Positions 33,904 to 44,425 are shown, counted from the first letter of the stretch. The stretch is DNA of 64,000 nt from Diplonema japonicum (GCA_964019335.1 OZ025702.1:186001-250000); one strand, 5' to 3'. Made by a program: numbers and translations. The notes: generated by a model not told the origin, from the sequence alone.

Positions 33904-36261
33904 ATGAGCCTCCTAAAAAGATACATGAACTACACGGCACGGGAAGATGACGATGCAATCGTGCGAACAAGAAAGGAAATGTACATGGTAAAATACCCGG
34001 CCGTGCTGACAGGGGTCTGCGGGGTGGCAGCGCTGGGAGGTTCAGACTTGCTCGTGCACGCAACGTTTGCTTATCTTGGTGCACTGGCGCTGTCGTACCT
34101 GCACCTGATGGCGACGAAAACTTTCCCCATGTGGGCCTTGCAGTTCAACATTGCCACCACTGTGATGTACATCAGTCTCATGGACATCAATGCCTCCGCT
34201 TCGGGTACCGATCGTGTATGGCCCCTCTTTGTGGTTCTCTTGGACATTTTACTAGTGTGCCGTGTCCCCAAAACACAAAGCAAGGTCCTCGCCATCTTCG
34301 TGGTCGTGTGGCTCTTCTTCACCGCTATTGAAAAGGCATTCCGATTCGGATTATTTGACTTTCCTGGCACGCGGAGTTACACGTCTCGTGGAGAACTGTA
34401 TGACTGTGAAGAGCTCCCTTGTGCGAACCTACCGCTTGCCACCATGAGCTTTATGACGGTGACGTTGGTCTTTCTTCTTGATTATTATTTCACACGTGGA
34501 TTTGCTGATCAAGTCCTCGAGGAGAAGGAGAAGGTAGAGGTTGCCATCACCACCACGCAGAAGGTTGCCGCGTCGCTCGCCGCCTTCGACCTTGATACGG
34601 CCGAGGACGAGCTTTCTGAAGCCTCCCTCCCCGCTCCCCTCCAGCTGGCTCTCAGCAACATCATCGGTAATTTGAAACTCTACCGCCCTTTCCTTCCTGA
34701 TGCGCTTTTTGACGAGCTTCACGCTGACAGCGCTTCGCCTCTCAGAACCCATGCCGTCAACGTGCCACCAGGGTCCTCCACCTCCCGTGCCACACTTGTT
34801 TTCACCGACATCCAAAGCTCCACAGCCACATGGGAGGCCTCTCCTGGAGGGATGAAGAAGGCACTTAAAAAACACAACACCATCATTCGCGACCAGCTGG
34901 ACCTGTGCAGGGGTTACGAGGTCAAGACCATTGGCGACGCTTTCATGGCAGCGTTCGAGGACGAAACAGGAGCCGCTGAGTTTGCTTTCAACGTGCAGCG
35001 CGACTTGTGCAAGTCGTCGTGGCCACCAGAGCTGCTGGAACTCCCTCAATGCGCCAAAGTGGAAGGGCTATGGAACGGGCTGCGCATCAGGATCGGGATG
35101 CACACCGGAGAGGTGGAGCTGGAACTAAACAGCATCACAGGGAGGTTCGACTATTTCGGACCCACGGTGAACAAGGCATCACGTATCGAAGCAGCGGCAG
35201 TAGGAGGCGGCATCGCCGTCTCAGAGGAGGTGATGGAAGTCCTGAAGTCAACAGGCATGTTTTCAAAGGCCAACCCACCAGTCACAGTAGCACTGGGAGA
35301 CAAGGTACTGAAAGGCGTTCACGGAACGAGCAAGCTGACGTTGTTGATTCCATATGAGCTAGCGGGGAGAAAACTGCAAATCGATCAACAGTTGAAGTAC
35401 GGGCAGATGGCAGCTTTTACATCTTTAAACGACAGGCTGTCAAGCTCAGGGTCATCGAGACGAGACTCACGGGGCGACTCCCAAATCGGAAGCAGCCCAC
35501 AAGCATTCTCAGTACTGACATCAAAGTTCGAAAACTTGGGTTCTGTGACTGTGGGGAAGGCTGACCTTTTCAAACCTGACGCCGAAGAGACAAGCGTTGA
35601 CGCGGCCGTGGGTGTGAACGAGGACCTGTGCAGGATTCTACAATACTTGGAACGGAGCGGGGGGACCGTCCTGGTGCTGTTGGGGGGCGCTTTGAGCGTT
35701 GCCTGGAACGTGTCAAGAAAATGCATCACACACTTTGAATCCGCTATGAGGTGGACAAACCTGTCTCATAAACTGCGTAAAAAAGGCTTGGTCTTGGGAA
35801 TAGCGAGCGGCCAAGTTGTATCAGGCACTTTCGGCACTGCAAACCAAAGGTTCCTCTCGTCACTCGGGGGTTGTGTCACCCTGTGCGGAGTTGTCACTGC
35901 GGCTGCATCAGAATTCGGTGTCTTCTCTGTTTACGGATCATTCAGTGTGGACCCTTTCTTTGCCTCTTTTAAAGCTGATTTGAAGGCGTTCTTGCGTCCA
36001 ATGGACACTTGGTTCCTCTCTTCCACTCCGACAGCACCTATTACAATATATGAGATTGCCCCTTTGAGGTTCGAGACAGAAGGTTTCGCTGCCGGCGGTT
36101 CGAAGCCAGCCGAAACAGGTTTTCACTGGTCGGGTAAGTTCTGGACTGCCTTCACCAAGAAGGATTGGCAGACCATTCTGGACCACTCTGGAAACGATGC
36201 TGTCGCAGAAAGGATCGCGATGAAACTCTCTGAAGGGGGGAAACGGATTGTTCACTGCTGA
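33904..36261 (+). CDS. Membrane-bound class III adenylyl cyclase with a degenerate second cyclase-like domain
   Basis: N-terminal TM segments; FTDIQSST, YEVKTIGDAFM, RIRIGMHTG and DYFGPTVNKASR (Lys/Asp ATP-specifying residues). Confidence 0.9.
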   Translation: MSLLKRYMNYTAREDDDAIVRTRKEMYMVKYPAVLTGVCGVAALGGSDLLVHATFAYLGALALSYLHLMATKTFPMWALQFNIATTVMYISLMDINASASGTDRVWPLFVVLLDILLVCRVPKTQSKVLAIFVVVWLFFTAIEKAFRFGLFDFPGTRSYTSRGELYDCEELPCANLPLATMSFMTVTLVFLLDYYFTRGFADQVLEEKEKVEVAITTTQKVAASLAAFDLDTAEDELSEASLPAPLQLALSNIIGNLKLYRPFLPDALFDELHADSASPLRTHAVNVPPGSSTSRATLVFTDIQSSTATWEASPGGMKKALKKHNTIIRDQLDLCRGYEVKTIGDAFMAAFEDETGAAEFAFNVQRDLCKSSWPPELLELPQCAKVEGLWNGLRIRIGMHTGEVELELNSITGRFDYFGPTVNKASRIEAAAVGGGIAVSEEVMEVLKSTGMFSKANPPVTVALGDKVLKGVHGTSKLTLLIPYELAGRKLQIDQQLKYGQMAAFTSLNDRLSSSGSSRRDSRGDSQIGSSPQAFSVLTSKFENLGSVTVGKADLFKPDAEETSVDAAVGVNEDLCRILQYLERSGGTVLVLLGGALSVAWNVSRKCITHFESAMRWTNLSHKLRKKGLVLGIASGQVVSGTFGTANQRFLSSLGGCVTLCGVVTAAASEFGVFSVYGSFSVDPFFASFKADLKAFLRPMDTWFLSSTPTAPITIYEIAPLRFETEGFAAGGSKPAETGFHWSGKFWTAFTKKDWQTILDHSGNDAVAERIAMKLSEGGKRIVHC

Positions 36262-37393
36262 AGGGGGGGGGGGGGGGGGGGGGGGGAATTCAATAAAAAA
36301 CCAAACAAAACAAAAAAGAAAGGGGCCCTAGAACTATTTTTCTCCCGCTTCTTTTCTGCGCTCTCCCCTAAAACAATATGACCTACTCTATTCCATTTTT
36401 TCAAAAAAAAAAAAAAGCCGAGTTAAATGTTCAGCACAGACGGTGACTAGCAACTTCATTTCTTATAGACCTAACCCATAGGGAAGAAACACTCTATGGA
36501 AAAAAAAAAGGAATACATCAACACTCGATCGACTTTTTTATGTTGCCCTCTTCTCCCCCCCCCCCCCCCCCCCCTCTTTTTTTGAATCAAATAAAGGTCT
36601 CATTTTTTTTATGCTCATAACATTGTTATGGCATATTTTTTTGTTGTCTTTTCATCCCCCTTACGGCCAACTCAGCCAACTCAAAAAGTGGAAGAAAAAA
36701 AAAATAAAAAATAAGAAGAATGATGCCCTTTTGACATGCAAGAAGGAAAAAAAAAAAGAGAGAGAAAGAACAAGGAGCCTGTCCTCAGTTTTGGCTGCCT
36801 TTGAACCAGTTGTGCGGGGAAATTTTCCCCCCCAAACACCCGTCCTCTTTTTTTTTTTTTTTTTTTTGTTGTCCTTGATGCAAGCCTCTTCGGCAACTCG
36901 AGGAATTTGGTTAAATTGAGTTTTTTTTTTTTTTTTTCTCCCCCTTTTGTTCTTTTTCTTTTTTCCTCTATCGATATCTCTAAAAGTCTTTCCTTTATTT
37001 TTATTTTTTATAACTTTTTTTTCCCTCTTGGATCCAGGTATTATTTTATTAACGTTAAAGTTTCAAGTGTTTTCGAACTGACAAAGTTCCAAAGCAGATT
37101 TTACGAAAGAAAAGTTTCATTCGACGAACGAACGGAAAAAAGAAGGGGAAAAAGAAGAAGAAAACGAGTTTATTCCTGTTGGCAAACTGCAAAGTTTGGA
37201 TCAAATTACAAGCGCGAATTATTATTTTTTTTTTTTTATTGGGGTTGGCAGCATAACCTTTCAAGGGAATTTTCCAGTGGCACACTTATGAGGTGTGTCT
37301 CTCTTTTTCTCTGTGAATGACGAAAATGCATGCCTTACTATTTTCAGTTTTGTTTTCCTTAATTTTGTGTACCAAATGAGAAAAAAAGGAAAA

Positions 37394-37466
37394 TACACAT
37401 GGTCGGGATTGAACCGACGATCTCTCGCGTGTGGGGCGAGCGTCCTAACCACTAGACGACACGTGC
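37394..37466 (-). tRNA. tRNA-Val (CAC) with C33, second identical copy
   Basis: Reverse complement is identical to 11505-11577; followed by T4. Confidence 0.9.
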
Positions 37467-37477
37467 TGTTAATTTTT

Positions 37478-37728
37478 TTTGCAATAATAACCACTGGGGG
37501 GAAACCGGGGGGTGTGGGGTGTCCAGTCTTTTGTCTGAGAGGGCCACCACGTGGGCTGAACCTTCCCTTCGGTGCTCCGTTCCCCCTTCCTGGGACAGCC
37601 GACCTGGCTGATTGCATTCGGGGCGGTCCCCTCGAGGCTGAACGCAGGGGCGTTCTCTTGCTGCGCCCTGCGCCCTCCCGGCCTTCCCTGTGGCTGCCTC
37701 CCGGGAGGTTGTTTCTTGGCCCATTTGC

Positions 37729-37777
<49 letters not shown>

Positions 37778-38340
37778 GGGGGGACAAAGGGGTAGGGGGG
37801 GGGGGGTCTATAATGGGCTCACGATCACCCTTGTGCTGCGTCGGCCGGGGGGAAGATCCCACACTCAGACCATGATAAGAGCCCGGAGGCCTCGATGAAG
37901 GCGCAGACCTCGGCGGAGTGCTTGGAAAGCAGCGCGCGGAGCGGCAGCCCAGTGTCGTAGAAGGACTTAGCTGTGGGAGCCAGAGAATGACAGCCCCTCA
38001 GCAGGTGATCTTGAACGTTGCAGGCGGGGCAGGTGAGGTGATGACTCCCCTCAGCCCTCAGGGGTCCCTTGAGCTGGAGGTACCCCCTCATCAAAGGCGT
38101 GTGTCCGGTCCGGAGCCGAATGATCAGGACCTCTTCCCTCCTACTGAGTGGTGGGAGAGAGAGACATTCGCCACCGGTGACGAGGCGGTGATGGCCGGGG
38201 GAGTCGCTGTTAAGTTTAGAGGATACAGCACCAGGGCTTCCCACGTGATCACTCACCGCAGTACTAACCTGGCCTGCTGGTGCTTAACTTCCCAAATCAG
38301 GCGGGATGGGGTGCATTCACCAGAGTATGGCCGTATCCGA
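37478..38340 (-). mobile_element. 5S rRNA-headed retroposon (SINE3-like or 5S-LINE chimera) with LINE-derived 3' part, inserted at the tRNA-Val start
   Basis: 15-bp TSD GTGCTGTTAATTTTT at 37463-37477 and 38341-38355; 5S head 38220-38338; LINE C-terminal motif RREEVLIIRLRTGHT...CPAC....HLL..C; A-tail merges into the TSD. Confidence 0.85.
38220..38338 (-). rRNA. Full-length 5S rRNA sequence (119 nt) forming the head of the retroposon
   Basis: GGATACGGCCATACTC...GAAGTTAAGC...GTTAGTACTG...GGTGCTGTATCCT; helix I ends pair; no T-run terminator follows. Confidence 0.92.
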
Positions 38341-38439
38341 GTGCTGTTAATTTTTACAGCTGCTGATGTGTCAAAGGGTCAAAGAAATATATTCGAGTTG
38401 AACATGAACGTGCTGTTTTCTTGTTAACTTAATAATAAT

Positions 38440-38981
38440 TAACTATTTATTGCCAACAAATTATGAGTCATTATTTAACTCGAGTTCCCGAATCTTTTGC
38501 ACGAGGGCCCTGCGAAAAAAACGGGTAACGAGAGTTAAATAATGGCTCATTTGGCGGCAAGTAAGTCGTTTTATTTCACTCTTCTTCATTTGAGTCACTC
38601 ACTCTTCACTGCTTTCACTGCTGTTTTTTTTCACGCAGGTCAGCCTTTTTGGGGAGTTTCCTAAGGTAATATGGGGTTGCTATTTCGCCGTGGCATTTTA
38701 AGGGGAAGTAAGGCACTTATTCCCACTTTTAAGGGCTGGAATGGCCTCAGATGGCCAAAAATAGTCAAAATACGCCCACCCCAAAAAAAATTTTCAAGGG
38801 GTTGGGTGCATTTTTTTCCACGGCGAGACTCATTTTTCCACTCTGAAGGGCCATTATTTAACTGCAAAATCTCATTATTTAACTAGTTAAATAATGGCGA
38901 TTACGCGTTAAATAATGGCCATTTCGCGTTAAATAATGAGGCCCCTAGTGAGTGAAGAAAATGACGAAGAGTGAAATAAAA
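38440..38981 (-). mobile_element. Non-autonomous Helentron/Helitron2-like element, copy A
   Basis: Asymmetric inverted repeats TTTTATTTCACTCTTC (38569-38584) / GAAGAGTGAAATAAAA (38966-38981) plus a ~120-bp terminal hairpin at 38447-38564; internal sequence shared with 44366-44778. Confidence 0.6.
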
Positions 38982-39641
38982 TAATAATAATATATGTTCC
39001 ACTGCGGGGGGGGAAACAAAAGGTAAATTACTTGGACCCCTCACCACGCTCTTTTCATAATAAAATCAAAACCGATCCCACCCACCAGGCAGCACCTGGG
39101 TCTCGAGGCATTAGCCGCCTCTAGTAACAAGAGACGACCTCCCAGATTTTAAGAACCTTGGAGGAGTTTCAATTGTGAATAAATTAACCAGCTGACTGTG
39201 AAACTCCACCGTCTGCTGGACTTGTTGGGTTTTAGGGAGCCAAAATTGTGTTAACTTTTAATAATAATAATAATAATAATATCTGTTCCACTGCCGGGTC
39301 GGGAGCATCAGGGAAGGTTTGAAAAGGATAAAAGGAATGAGGAAAGGAAGAAAAAATCAACAAAGCTGAGTTGAAAAGCAGAGCTCGAGAAATCAAAAAT
39401 CAAAGTGAAGGTATCATGAGCCTTTCGCCCAAGAAGAGAACAAACAGCATAGGTAGGGTTTAGCACTCCCTCCTTCTGGTCTTTTTTTTTTCTTTAAAAA
39501 AAGCTTCTGTGTGGCCAATTACCAACAGAGAGGAGCGGTGAGTACTGGGATGCTGTCCTTCAAGATCCTTTTATCATTTCTTTTTTCGTCGAAATTTACT
39601 AGATTGGAATACAAGAAAATAGACGCCAGCTAAATTAACAG

Positions 39642-39709
39642 TAACTACCCTTTTCTCAGGTGTTGCTCTCCATGGCGGCCCTGCATTGGTATTTTGAAAA
39701 AAAAAAAAA
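39642..39709 (+). mobile_element. 68-bp poly(A)-tailed retro-insertion at the tRNA-Lys start
   Basis: Ends in A13; flanked by 12-bp direct repeat CTAAATTAACAG (39630-39641 and 39710-39721), whose last G is tRNA nucleotide 1. Confidence 0.7.
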
Positions 39710-39720
39710 CTAAATTAACA

Positions 39721-39793
39721 GCCTCCCTAGCTCAGTCGGTAGAGCGCAAGGCCCTTAACCTTGTGGTCGCGGGTTCGAGCCCCGCGGGAGGTG
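39721..39793 (+). tRNA. tRNA-Lys (CTT) with C33
   Basis: 73-nt cloverleaf GCCTCCC...GGGAGGT-G; anticodon arm CAAGG-CCCTTAA-CCTTG; T5 terminator. Confidence 0.92.
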
Positions 39794-40584
39794 TTTTTAT
39801 CGAGCGATTCTATAATTTTGTTGTCAAAGGTAACCTTGGAATGAAAAGTCAAGGCACAGCTCTGCTTTCAATCCTCTTTGTTCGAATTCTCCTCCCTTTC
39901 TGTGCCTTTTTTGGAATGGTTGATAAATAATTGTAATGTTGGAACAAGGTTTTGCAAAAAGAAAGAAAGAAAAAAGCACTTTTAGTGTTTTGGTACACAG
40001 TGAGGTTTTCTTCAAACCAGCTCCCCATTTTTTCTATCAAGCATTCGAGGGAAAAAAAAGAAAAAGAAGAAAGCGATCAACCTAAGCACTAAGGTGAAGA
40101 ACATTGTCACAAAGAGAGTGTATCTTTATCTTGGAGGTTGAAGTGCTCCTTTCATTTCTTCTTTATTATTTTTTTTTCAAATCTTCTCACCCTTAAAAGG
40201 GCGAGAAACCTACTTTAAAGAAAAAAAAATCGAAAAATCGAACATTTTGCGGAATCAAAATACAAACAACCTCAAACATGATTATGAAGAAGGTCAGCTG
40301 AGTCGACTCTGAAAAATGCATAAAGTAAGAGACACTTTGAGGTCAGCCTTGTTTGTTGATACCATGAGAAACCGGAAGGGCAGCAAGAGCATTATTGTCA
40401 GCCCTTCTGCTCCCCCCCCCCCCCCCCCCCTTATTTTCAGCGTTAAGTTCTTATTCTTCTTTTTAATTTTTTTTAGTTTCTTGCATAAAACAATCACACC
40501 ATAGGAGGAGGGCTTCTCTCGTTGAGAGAATACATAAAAAGAAAGGGGATAGAAGACGCCCCCTCCCCGGGAAAAAGAAAGAAG

Positions 40585-43149
40585 ATGAGCGGCGGAGATC
40601 GTACAACCAGCGCCTCGCCGCGGAACACAAGCTTCGCCCAAGAAAATTCGTTCCTGGGAGCAACGGGAAGCTTCAGGAAGATGAGTCCGTCATACGGGGC
40701 GAGTTTTCGAACAGGGGCGCAGGTATTTCCTTTTTCTTATTCCTTTTTTTTTTTTTTTTTTTATTTTATCAACATCAACAGCGGCGAATTGGAGTAGCAA
40801 AGACGGCAGCATTCAGCGATTTCCGGATGTCAGGTGAGAACGACGTCGACCAGGACGACGAAGGCAGCGAGATCCCAGTGACGACATCGGTGGCGAGCAA
40901 CAACCCGCCAAGCCCGTACCCGAACAACAGCGAGGATGGGGCCTTAATGGCGCAGTCCACCACAGACTACTCCGACATCGACCTGAACTCACAAGGAGGC
41001 CGGTCCATGACCCGTGGCAGGGGCCGTGCAGGGTACGGTTCTTTCGAGCTTTCTGTGGAACCGTACCGAAGCATGCGGGGACACGAGGACCTGTCCGACG
41101 TCGGCACCACCGCACGCAGGGTCACGTCACGTTTCAGCAACCCGTGGACTGCTTCGTTCGAATCCGCGTTCTTCTCCTTTATCATCATTTTATCCACTTC
41201 TGTTGCACGGGGGAACCTCAACGAGACAGCCGTGGCAGGCATTGTCTCTCTCACAGCGGTTCTCGGGTTCGGTTTCTGTGTTTCATACGGAACCTTCCTT
41301 GAAGCAGCACGTGGTGAGAAATGGTCGTCTCACTACTCAAATCTTGATGAACGGTTGGAGACTCAAGGGTGGTCTGTAGAGAGCATCGAAGCTTACAAAT
41401 CAGATATTCGACCCAAGATGCAACGGCCCACAGTCGGGGACCTTGTCTGGGCAAGCGTAGTTCATATATCAGGTGCTTTGCTACCTGTTATGCCTGTTGT
41501 GATAGGGGAACTTGCTGATTGGCGGTTGGTGGTATGTGTCATGATAAAAAAAAAAATATATATATATATATATATGGGTCGATTTCAAAAACCCCCCCCC
41601 AAAATGAGGCCAATTGACACTTTCGTTGCATCTTTGGGCATGCCGCCCCCTTTAAAAAAAATTCTCCATATTTCCCGGCCCATATTAGGAAAGAACCCGG
41701 GTCAGAAATCGCTCAAGGGTGCTATTTTGACCTATGAAAAATTCAGTCTTAGGGTAAAAATCGGGTTTTAGTGGTTTTGGTAAAGTCAGAGAGTATGCTT
41801 TCAATAGCAAGAAATAGCGGAACTCACTGCTAGAAGGTGGCTGAAATGATGTTGGAAGTGGAAACCTTCATTTCCTAGTCTTCTGCGGCTGAGATGTGCT
41901 GCTGCTGAGTGGGCGACCTCGTTTCTTTTTCATACTATTAGGCCTTCTACCGCATTTTGGGGGGTTTTAAGAGGCTCATTCGTAGGTGTACTTGGTGCTT
42001 TGGGCTTGTCATGGGGTGTCGAGTATTTTTGTAATTAGGTTACTATTCTTTCTCGTTTTTCAAGTCCGGGAAGGCTATCAGGAACGTCCTCATACTCATC
42101 ACAAGATTCATAGACTGGGGGCCTTTTCTCTGCCCTGTCTGCATCGAGTTCTTTGATGATGTACTTTAGTTCTTTCTAGCTCGTGGACGCACACGTAGCA
42201 AGTACACCCTCCGGTGTGCTCCTGAGCTCATATGCACCTGTAAAATCCGGAAACTCAAGAATTTTCTTTGTACGGGCCAAAGACATCAGTAACTACATGC
42301 ACGGCGCACCGTATCGTATTGGTGATGTTAGCTATTTGTTCCACAGTTTTAATTGTTGTGGAACGAGGCACCCAAAACCAAACACGAGAGAGCACACCAA
42401 AGTGGCTGTCCCTGTTGTTTTTGCCGTGTTTCTCCCCCAGAAACCACAGGGAAAACGTCCGATCGGGATATACATAACGAAGACCAAAAAGAACAAAGTA
42501 GCAAAATTCCTTTGCACGAAAGTGACGCCCACCGTCAGTCCAGAGTATCCACTCCATTTTTTTCTTTATTTTTTTCTGTGCCCATGCTACTGTGGAACAA
42601 GACTTTTCCAACAGTAAGGCCAGCTGCCCTTATTTCATCATGTGTGATGTGGTCAAGCCTCATGCCTCTGACCAATTGGCGCCGTGTGGTGTCTTGTTGG
42701 CTACTAAATCAACCAGAAAATGATAGCAGAAGTGCCGCTAGAAGTTCCCCTTTACACACTACGCCACAAACTAGTGCAGCACAGTCGTTGCCACTGAGCT
42801 TCTCAAAAACCTCTGTGGCGAGTGTCCTGATCGCCGTGGTGTTCCCATTTACCCTTTCTCGGTCCGAATACCATTTTTTTTTACCCCTAGCTTCTCAACA
42901 GCAAGTTTAAAAGCATCCATTTTTGTCACTCCCTCTTTTACTGAATTTGTGCAAAGTGAAAAAACCCATTTTTGCCCCTAGGACTGAATTTTCTGGGTAC
43001 TAGTAACACTCACTTTCCCATTTTCTGGGGTGTTTTCTTTCCTAACCTGGGCCGGGAAAGTTGTAGAATTTTTTTCTTTGGGAAAAAGTACTTAGAGAAA
43101 TATTGAAAGTGTCAATTGGCCTCATTTTGGGGGGGGGGGTTTTGAAACG

Positions 43150-43192
<43 letters not shown>

Positions 43193-43384
43193 ATCTCACA
43201 GCCCACCATGATCACCTCGTCGTCTTTTACACTATCGTACTGTATCCTCATCCGGTCGTATCAGGTGAGCTGTGCCCCGCAACATGCTTTCACCGGCGCC
43301 ACAGCCTTCATCTCTCTTGTTGGTGTTGCCTTCGTGAGTGGTATTATGGTTGCCGTGGGGCATTTTTTTCACGAGGTGAGATAG
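40585..43384 (+). CDS. VIT1/CCC1-like multi-pass membrane protein; exons 40585-40722, 40782-41531, 43202-43384
   Basis: Two N-terminal TMs ending YGTFLEA, a soluble loop, then ISGALLPVMP and two further TMs; phase-0 GT-AG introns restore the frame across the transposon. Confidence 0.65.
41576..43154 (-). mobile_element. Internally deleted DNA transposon with long TIRs, Sola2-like transposase remnant, in an intron
   Basis: TIR core TTTCAAAACCCCCCCC(C)AAAATGAGGCCAATTGACACTTTC at both ends, extending imperfectly ~195 bp; (TA)n on both sides; minus frame WTDGGRHFR..EF...FLGEKHGKNNRDSHFG (42255-42611). Confidence 0.8.
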
Positions 43385-44118
43385 AACGCTTTTCTCTTCT
43401 CTTCTCTTCTCTTCTCCCTTTTTTCTTCTTTTTCTTCTTCTTTTGTGTGGTGTTTTCTTTCGCGTGGCGTATTTCAAATTGGCCCTCATCCTTTTTTTCT
43501 TTCTTTTTTCTTTTTCTTTCTTTCTTTTTTTTTTTTTTTTCATTTTTTTCCTCGAGAGTAAAACGTATTTACCTTCTGTTTAACAAAAAAAGAAAGAAAG
43601 AAAAAGGTGGTGGGGGGCAAAAGCAGCATTTGCAGAGTGAAGTGTTCTGCATTTTATTATTAAACTTTTTTGTGCAATGAACATTGAGAAAACAAAACAA
43701 AAACAAAAAAAACGAAAACAAAAAAAGATTGGAAGTGCAAAACGAGGAAAGGAGAACTATATATCTTAATCTTTTGTACTGGAATAAAAACGTCTCGAAA
43801 AAAATAAGAAGAAAAAAAAATGAGGGAAAAAATCTGTATTTTACTTCAACACTTCCATCTCACCTGTGAAAAAAACCTGGGAAGTGTAATGTGGTATAAA
43901 AAGAAAGAAAAAAAAAAAAGAAAAAAAACCGAAGTACGAACCCCGTTCCTTAAGTTTTAAGAGACTTTCTTGAGTAAAAAATTATAAAGTGAAGAACAAC
44001 AAAATAAAGATCCATGCCCCGAGTATGGTGTTTACAGCTTTAAAATTCTGTTTTTTTTTTTTTTTTTTTGTCGCGGTAAAATGCCGCTCGTGCGCACAAA
44101 CAAATGGAGCGCCAAACT

Positions 44119-44158
<40 letters not shown>

Positions 44159-44365
44159 CTTTCTTTCTTTTTCTTTTTTTTTTGTTGGCGCGTAGCCCTC
44201 TTTATTTTCTTATTTTCCCTCCCCCCTTTTTTTTTCTCGCTCTGTCACCTGACAGGAGAAAGATAGCAACTTTGTAACAAAATGGAAGAGGGGGAAAAGA
44301 CAAAAAAGAAGAAGAAAAAAGACCGGCAAAACAGCTTTGGCCTCGTTTTTGCACGAACAATAAAA

Positions 44366-44425
44366 TAGCTATTTATAGCTATACAAAAAATGACTCATTT
44401 GAGTCACTCTTCACTGCTTTCACTG

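Noticed and set aside
38220-38338. Ordinary 5S rDNA locus or 5S/spliced-leader repeat
   Set aside because: Single copy, no T-run terminator, fused to LINE sequence and bracketed by a TSD; no SL RNA sequence recognised nearby.
39421-39560. U6-like words (ACAGAGA, TTAGCACTC) near tRNA-Lys
   Set aside because: The words are in the wrong order and spacing for U6, with no supporting structure.
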